Assembly: GCA_964016885.1 (NCBI GenBank) | Contig: OZ024762.1 | Location: forward strand, 3,224,001 to 3,288,000 | DNA length: 64,000 nt | Reading direction: 5' to 3' | Source of the DNA: Eledone cirrhosa | Taxonomy: Eukaryota | Part shown: in pieces, positions 53,101 to 60,935 of the stretch | Layout: every line of letters starts with the position of its first letter | Numbering within the stretch: the stretch's first letter is position 1 | Notes under the pieces: generated by a model | Told to the model about the DNA's origin: nothing | What the model saw: only the letters and a program-made list of their open reading frames with translations | Databases searched by the model: none | Made by a program: the position numbers and the translations under genes

Positions 53101-56100
53101 GTTACATTAGAAAAAAAATCAATAATATTGTTTCTTCTGTCTCAACCACCAGGAGTTCCGTGCATTTGAGTTGTTACGCAGCGGTGCCGACCGCGCAGAT
53201 TACTTGTTGATAAAAGAAGCCAAAATCATTGCAATGACGTGCACCCATGCAGCATTGAAACGCAGAGATCTTGTGCAAGTTGGATTTAAGGTAAACTCCC
53301 AAATCCCCTTTGATAGCCAAACCACCTGAAACCAGCCATGGTTCTACAATACAAAACTGTTTTAAAGTGTTTATATTTACCTAAAAACCTTCCATCATAA
53401 TGTTATGTAAGAACTTTTGTTATGTTCCAAACAGCAACAGTGTTACCTAAAACCTTCCATCATAATTTTATATAAGAACCTTTAGTAAGTTATGTTCCAA
53501 GCTCCAGATAAATAATGAGAAAGTCAGCTATATTACAAAATCCCACCAAATTCTTGATTTTTTTTTATTTTTAAATTACCCTTCCTTCCCTTCTCCCCAA
53601 CAGTCAAATTGCTGACCTTGTGCCTAGATTAGTAACCATTATTATTATTATTTCATTTATCTTGCTTTATGTTCATACGAGTTATCACCAAGTCATAACC
53701 AGTGACCTCAAGAGACAACAAGGTCCGCCATGTTCAAGAAAGAACACATACACACACATGTATCTTTAGGTGGTTACACTTGTGATGTACTTATATCAAC
53801 AGAATCTTCCTAAACAGTTCCCATTAGTACTATCTTTTTGTATTTCTTCTATTCATGGACTTCCTGGGATTTGGGATAAATAATCATTAGACCCCTCTTA
53901 GGTATCATTCTTAGGGCGCCTACAACCACTGGTATTGTTTTAGCTCTCAACTTACACATTTTATTATTATGGGAAGGATGGAGGGAGAGAGGGGCAACCT
54001 CCTAGGGTGCTCTTGGAGATGAGGGTGGGTTGGGATTTGTAAGGTTCCTACTGTCACCCCTGGATGGTATGACCCCCTATTGAGGAATTCTGTTGTTGAT
54101 ATTTTTTGTTAATTGTTTTTGTTTATAATTTTTACTCGAATATATGTAACCCCACTGTCCCCTGTCTTTATATTGTCCTCTATGTTCCCCACTGTCCTCT
54201 GTCTTTGTATTGTCCCCTATGTTCCCCACTGTCCCCTGTCTTTGTATTGTCCCCTATGTTCCTTGTGGCCAATAATAAAGAAATTATGATTTATTTATTC
54301 CAGTTTGACAATATTTTAATGGAGGAAGCTGCCCAGATTCTTGAAATTGAAACATTTATACCATTATTGTTACAGGTATACTATACTATATATATATAAC
54401 TACTGTCTATACTATACTATATATATATATATAACTACTGTCTATACTATACTATACTATATATATATAACTACTGTCTATACTATACTATATATATATA
54501 TATAACTACTGTCTATACTATACTATATATATATACATATAACTACTGTCTATACTATACTATACTATATATATATAACTACTGTCTATACTATACTATA
54601 TATATATATATAACTACTGTCTATACTATACTATACTATATATATATAACTACTGTCTATACTATACTATATATATATATATAACTACTGTCTATACTAT
54701 ACTATACTATATATATATAACTACTGTCTATACTATATACATATATATAACTACTGTCTATACTATACTATATACATATATATAACTACTGTCTATACTA
54801 TACTATATATATATACATATAACTACTGTCTATACTATACTATACTATATATATATAACTACTGTCTATACTGTACTATATATATACATATATATAACTA
54901 CTGTCTATACTATACTATACTATATATATATAACTACTGTCTATACTATACTATACTATATATATATAACTACTGTCTATACTATACTATACTATATATA
55001 TATAACTACTGTCTATACTATACTATATATATATATATAACTACTGTCTATACTATACTATATATATATATATAACTACTGTCTATAGTATACTATATAT
55101 ATATATATAACTACTGTCTATACTATACTATATATATACATATAACTACTGTCTATACTATACTATATATATACATATAACTACTGTCTATAGTATACTA
55201 TATATATACATATAACTACTGTCTATAGTATACTATATATATACATATAACTACTGTCTATACTCTCTCTCTATATATATATATATATACATATGTATAA
55301 CTACTTTCTATACTGTATATATATACAGTATAGAACTACTTTCTATACTCTATACTCTCTATATATACATATATATAACTACTGTCTATACTCTATATAT
55401 ATATATACATATATATATAACTACTTTCTATACTCTATATATATACATATATATAACTACTGTCTATACTCTCTATATATATATATACATATATATAACT
55501 ACTGTCTATACTCTATATATATACATATATATATAACTACTTTCAGAATCCTGAAGATGGACTGAATCGATTGAAGCGCTGGATCATGATTGGTGACCAT
55601 CATCAGCTGCCACCAGTTATCAAGAACATGGCCTTCCAGAAGTATTCCAACATGGAACAGTCCCTCTTCACACGTTTGGTACGTCTGGGGGTTCCAACAG
55701 TCGACCTAGATGCCCAGGGTCGAGCACGTGCAAGGTAAAAATAGCCCTGACCCCTATTTCTCTTCATATATATATATATATATATATATATAATCGTCGT
55801 CGTCTTTGTCGCCTTCTTCTTCCTCTTCTAACGTCCATCTTCCACGTTAGCATGGGTTAGACGGGTTTCAACTGGTTTCAACTGGTTTCATGCAGCTTCA
55901 GCTGGTTTCAGGCAGTTTCAGTCGGTTTCAAGCGGTTTGCTATGGATTCCGGTTTAACCCTTTAGCATTTAAACCGGCCATATCCAGCCAGAATTCTCTC
56001 TCCTCTTTCTGTTCAAACTGACTGCATCTGGCTGCTCATACTGACATTAAGGTATTGTTCTCAAAATAAATAATATCAAAATCTCTGGTTCAATATTATC

Positions 56101-59100
56101 TGAGATAAAGTGTTTACTATGAAAATACAATAGTAAATATAAAGTAATGTAAATGTTATGTGAGGTAAAGCCTTTACTATGAAAATACAATAGTAAATAT
56201 AGAGTAATGTAAATGCTATGTGAGATAAAGTGTTTACTATGAAAATACAATAGTAAATATAGAGTAATGTAAATGTTATGTGAGGTAAAGTGTTTACTAT
56301 GAAAATACAATAGTAAATATAGAGTAATGTAAATGCTAAAGGGTTAAATTTCTGTAAACAAAATGTTGTTTTGTCTTCCCTTTCAATAGTTTGAGCAACT
56401 TGTACAACTGGAGATATCGTAAACTTGGCAACCTCCCTCATGTTTTGGTTTCACCTGAGTTCCAAATGGCCAATGCTGGGTTTGTCTACGACTACCAACT
56501 TATCGACGTACAAGACTTCAATGGTGTCGGTGAATCGGAACCGAATCCATTCTTCTACCAGGTGAGGAGCAAACATTGCCTTTTCCTTTTCTTTTTTATC
56601 TGGCGTCTTTCTTTTTTGAATTTTTGGATAGGTCGTGCCATGTGAATCCAGTTTAGAATAGTTACACCAGAGGTGGGCAACCTTTTCATGTTGAAAGGCC
56701 ACATTAAGGGTGTAGGACTTACGATCATAATGTCATGGGTACGATTCCTGGACTGGGTTGTGTGTTGTGTTCTTGAGCAAAACACTTCATTTCATGTTGC
56801 TCCAGTATACTCAACTGAAAATGAGTACTAGCAATAGCTGGGGGTTTAACCCTGTGATGGACTGGTGTCCTGTCCTGGGGGAAGTATTGTACTCTCAGTT
56901 GCTGAATGCCATGGAAACTGGGGTAAGGACTGGCCTAATGAGCCTCTGGGCTTGGGACAGACTTTAATAGTGTGATGGACTGGTGTCCTGTCCAGGGTGA
57001 AGTCTTGTACTCACAGTCACTTCACGCCACAGTAACTAGAATAAGCAGTGGCCTGATGAGCCTCTAGCTTGGGACAGACTTTAGACTATAATAAGGTCAC
57101 ATTGTTATTTGTAATATGAGGCCACTGTAAATTACTTGTAATAATAAGGCCCAGTCAAGAAACCATAATTATATATTCTTAAAAATCTACATTATTTTGT
57201 AAAAACCTAATTACTGTGTACTAATTATCTAAAAAACAGAAACATGATAATTATAAAGCTACACTTTAATGACTGCTTGTTGTAGAAAAGCATTTTGATA
57301 TTTGGTTACAACATGGAGGTCTGAAGTTTCAACTGAACCTCCAGCTGGGCATCTGCCATCCAGTCAGAATCGCATTAGAACTAAAACATAAGCATAGAAA
57401 GTGTTGAAATGGCCCTTATGATCTAGTCATTTTTTAAATTCTGTCACTGGATTATTTCGTTGAATTTTCTTTTACTCTTTGGTATTTAAAATATGTTCAC
57501 CTTATGGTTTAAATTAAAATAATTGTTTCTACTTTAGGCACAAGGCCAGCAATTACCCAGTGCATTACTGGTACTTTATTTTATCGACCCCGTAAGGATG
57601 AAAGGCAAAGTCAACCTCGGCGGGATTAAAATAATAAGAGATAGACAAAAACATTTTAATAAAAATGAAAAGATTTGTTGGAAATTTTTGATTTTTTTTC
57701 AAAAGGCTGCTTAGAATGGCATAGAAGGCTGCAGGTTCCCCGTCTCTGAGGTACACCATATCCCTGCATATCATGTAAAGTGACTAGAAGGGTTGGTGTT
57801 GGGTAGGGTATCTGGTTGTAAGACACTGGCTGTAAAATCTCTCAAAATTCTTCATCAATCGCTGGACTGATTTTACAAACAAAGCCAACCCGCAAGGGAG
57901 CCAGGGGTTGACCACTATCAAGATGGTTGGATAAAATCCATGAGTTTGGCTGGTCTCACTTTGGGGATCCAGCTGGATCAATTGGAAATAGTTGCTTCTG
58001 ACAGAACGCTCAAGACAGCATGTCTGCAGACTATGCTCTCCCTCCCTTCCTCCACCACTACCCTCCCAGGAAAAAGTGGCCAAAGAAAAAGAAAAGTATT
58101 TTGTTAGAAATAGGGGCTGTTAGGGCGACCGAGTGGACACCAAGGGGTGGAGAAGAACCATTGGGCAGCCAAAGGCAAGATTGTGTGACGATCTGATCTA
58201 ATACCTCAGCCTCACATGAACTGGTATAATCAAAGATGGGAAGTGGTGAAGGTCAACCAAGGAGGGGTTCTCCAACAGGAGCATGATGGCTCTGGGTGTG
58301 GTTTTAAATGGCCTATTAACTGGCTGTATCTGGCCAGAATTCTCTCACCTCTTTCTGTTCAAACTGGCCATAACTGGCCACTTATACTGATGTTAAGGTA
58401 TTGTTATCAAAATAAGTAACATCAAAATCTTATAGATTCAATATTATGTGAGATAATTATGGGAAAATACAATAGAATATATAGAGTAATGTAAATGTTA
58501 TGTGAGATATTATGTGAGGTAAAGCATTTACAGTGAAAATACAATAGAATATATAGAGTAATGTAAATGTTGTGTGAGGTATTATGTGAGGTAAAGCATT
58601 TACAGTGAAAATACAATAGAATATATAGAGTAATGTAAATGCTGTGTGAGATAATTATGTGAGGTAAAGCATTTACAGTGAAAATACAATAGTATATATA
58701 GAGTAATGTAAATGTTGTGTGAGATAATTATGTGAGGTAAAGCATTTACAGTGAAAATACAATAGAATATATAGAGTAATGTAAATGTTATGTGAGGTAA
58801 AGCATTTACAGTGAAAATATAATAGAATATATAGAGTAATGTAAATATTGTGTGAGGTATTATGTGAGGTAAAGCATTTACAGTGAAAATATAATAGAAT
58901 ATATAGAGTAATGTAAATGTTGTGTGAGGTATTATGTGAGGTAAAGCATTTACAGTGAAAATATAATAGAATATATAGAGTAATGTAAATGTTGTGTGAG
59001 GTATTATGTGAGGTAAAGCATTTACAGTGAAAATATAATAGAATATATAGAGTAATGTAAATGTTGTGTGAGATAATTATGTGAGGTAAAGCATTTACAG

Positions 59101-60850
59101 TGAAAATATAATAGAATATATAGAGTAATGTAAATGTTGTGTGAGGTAAAGCATTTACAGTGAAAATATAATAGAATATATAGAGTAATGTAAATGTTGT
59201 GTGAGATAATTATGTGAGGTAAAGCATTTACAGTGAAAATATAATAGAATATATAGAGTAATGTAAATGTTGTGTGAGGTATTATGTGAGGTAAAGCATT
59301 TACAGTGAAAATATAATAGAATATATAGAGTAATGTAAATGTTATGTGAGATAATTATGTGAGGTAAAGCATTTACAGTGAAAATACAATAGAATATATA
59401 GAGTAATGTAAATGCTGTGAGATAATTATGTGAGGTAAAGCATTTACAGTGAAAATACAATAGAATATATAGAGTAATGTAAATGCTGTGTGAGATAATT
59501 ATGTGAGGTAAAGCATTTACAGTGAAAATACAATAGAATATATAGAGTAATGTAAATGCTGTGTGAGATAATTATGTGAGGTAAAGCATTTACAGTGAAA
59601 ATACAATAGAATATATAGAGTAATGTAAATGTTATGCGAGGTAAAGCCTTTACTGCAAAAATACAATATTAAATACAGTGTAATGTAAATGCTAAAGGGT
59701 TATGGGTTAATCCCTATTTCTCTATGTTAATGTTGTTGTTGTTGTAGAACCTGGCGGAAGCTGAATTCACTGTGGCGGTGTTTATGTATATGAGGTTGCT
59801 AGGTTACCCTGCCGAGAAGATCTCCATTCTGACTACATACAACGGACAGAAACATTTGATCCGTGATGTCATAGCTCAGCGATGTGGTAACAACCCATTC
59901 ATAGGACGACCACACAAGGTAAAATACTAACACACTGCATAGACTGTATCATGGGTAGATGGATGGGTGAGGGGTTAAGGCTGGGTGTATGAAGGGTAGT
60001 TTGGTGCAGGGGTGCAAAGGGTGGCTAGGTGAATGTAGCATAGCTTGGTGTGAGAGCTGCAAAGGGTGGCTTGGTGTGGGGGTGTGAAGGGTGGCTTGGG
60101 GTGGGTGTGCATAAGGTAACTTGGTATGGAGCATGCGATGGGTGGCTTGTTGTGGGTGGGTGTGGAGGTGCCAAAGGTGGTTAGGGGTGGGTATATGTAG
60201 CGTAGTTTGGTGTGGGGGGAGGGGGGGTGGGGGGGGGGGGCTTGGTGTGGATGGGTGTAGCATAGCTTGGTATGAGGCCTGCAATGGGTGGTTTGGGGTG
60301 GATAGATATAACGTAGCTTGGTGTGGGAGGTGCAAAGGATGGCTTGGTGTGGGTGTGTGTGGGTGTGTGTGGCGTAACTTGGTGTGAATCATGGGTAGAA
60401 GGGTGGGTAGATAGGTGTCAGTATATGTAGGGTGGCTGGGGGTGGGTCTATTTAGGGTGAGTGGCTGTGGGTGTCATGGGTAGGAGGGCAACAAGATCTA
60501 AATATAGATGGAAGGGTAGGTGTGTCATGTGCCTATGGCGAGATAAATATATATCTCTGGCAATATTATAACAATATGACCCTCCCCAAATATAACAATA
60601 TTTGACGACATAGAATTAGTCTGTAAGTTGGGATTTAAAACAACCCTCGACGTACGACAATACTCATCCTTTTACCATTCAGAGGGTTTTTTTATATATA
60701 TATATATATATACACATACATACATAGATAGAGTCTGCAGTGCTGAGACCACTAATCATGGGAGTACTCAATACATAGGGAGATGCAGAGTGGGTATAGA
60801 GAAATGTAAAATCCCGGCTGTGGTGCCAAGTGGTTTCGGCTTTTTACCTA

Positions 60851-60935
<85 letters not shown>

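Noticed and set aside
57050-57075. CTGATGA motifs at 57053 (also 21208, 22133 minus, 32746 and 37934)
   Set aside because: No downstream helix II-GAAA or helix I/III pairing; they lie in SINE, unstructured or coding sequence.
59960-60480. G-rich tract with G-quadruplex potential in AQR intron 33
   Set aside because: A degenerate minisatellite; G4 potential alone is not evidence of function.
60815-60852. Minus-strand GCCGAAACCACTTGGCACCAC, a possible 3' half of a hammerhead
   Set aside because: The 5' half is replaced by a (GA)n tract, so it cannot be supported.
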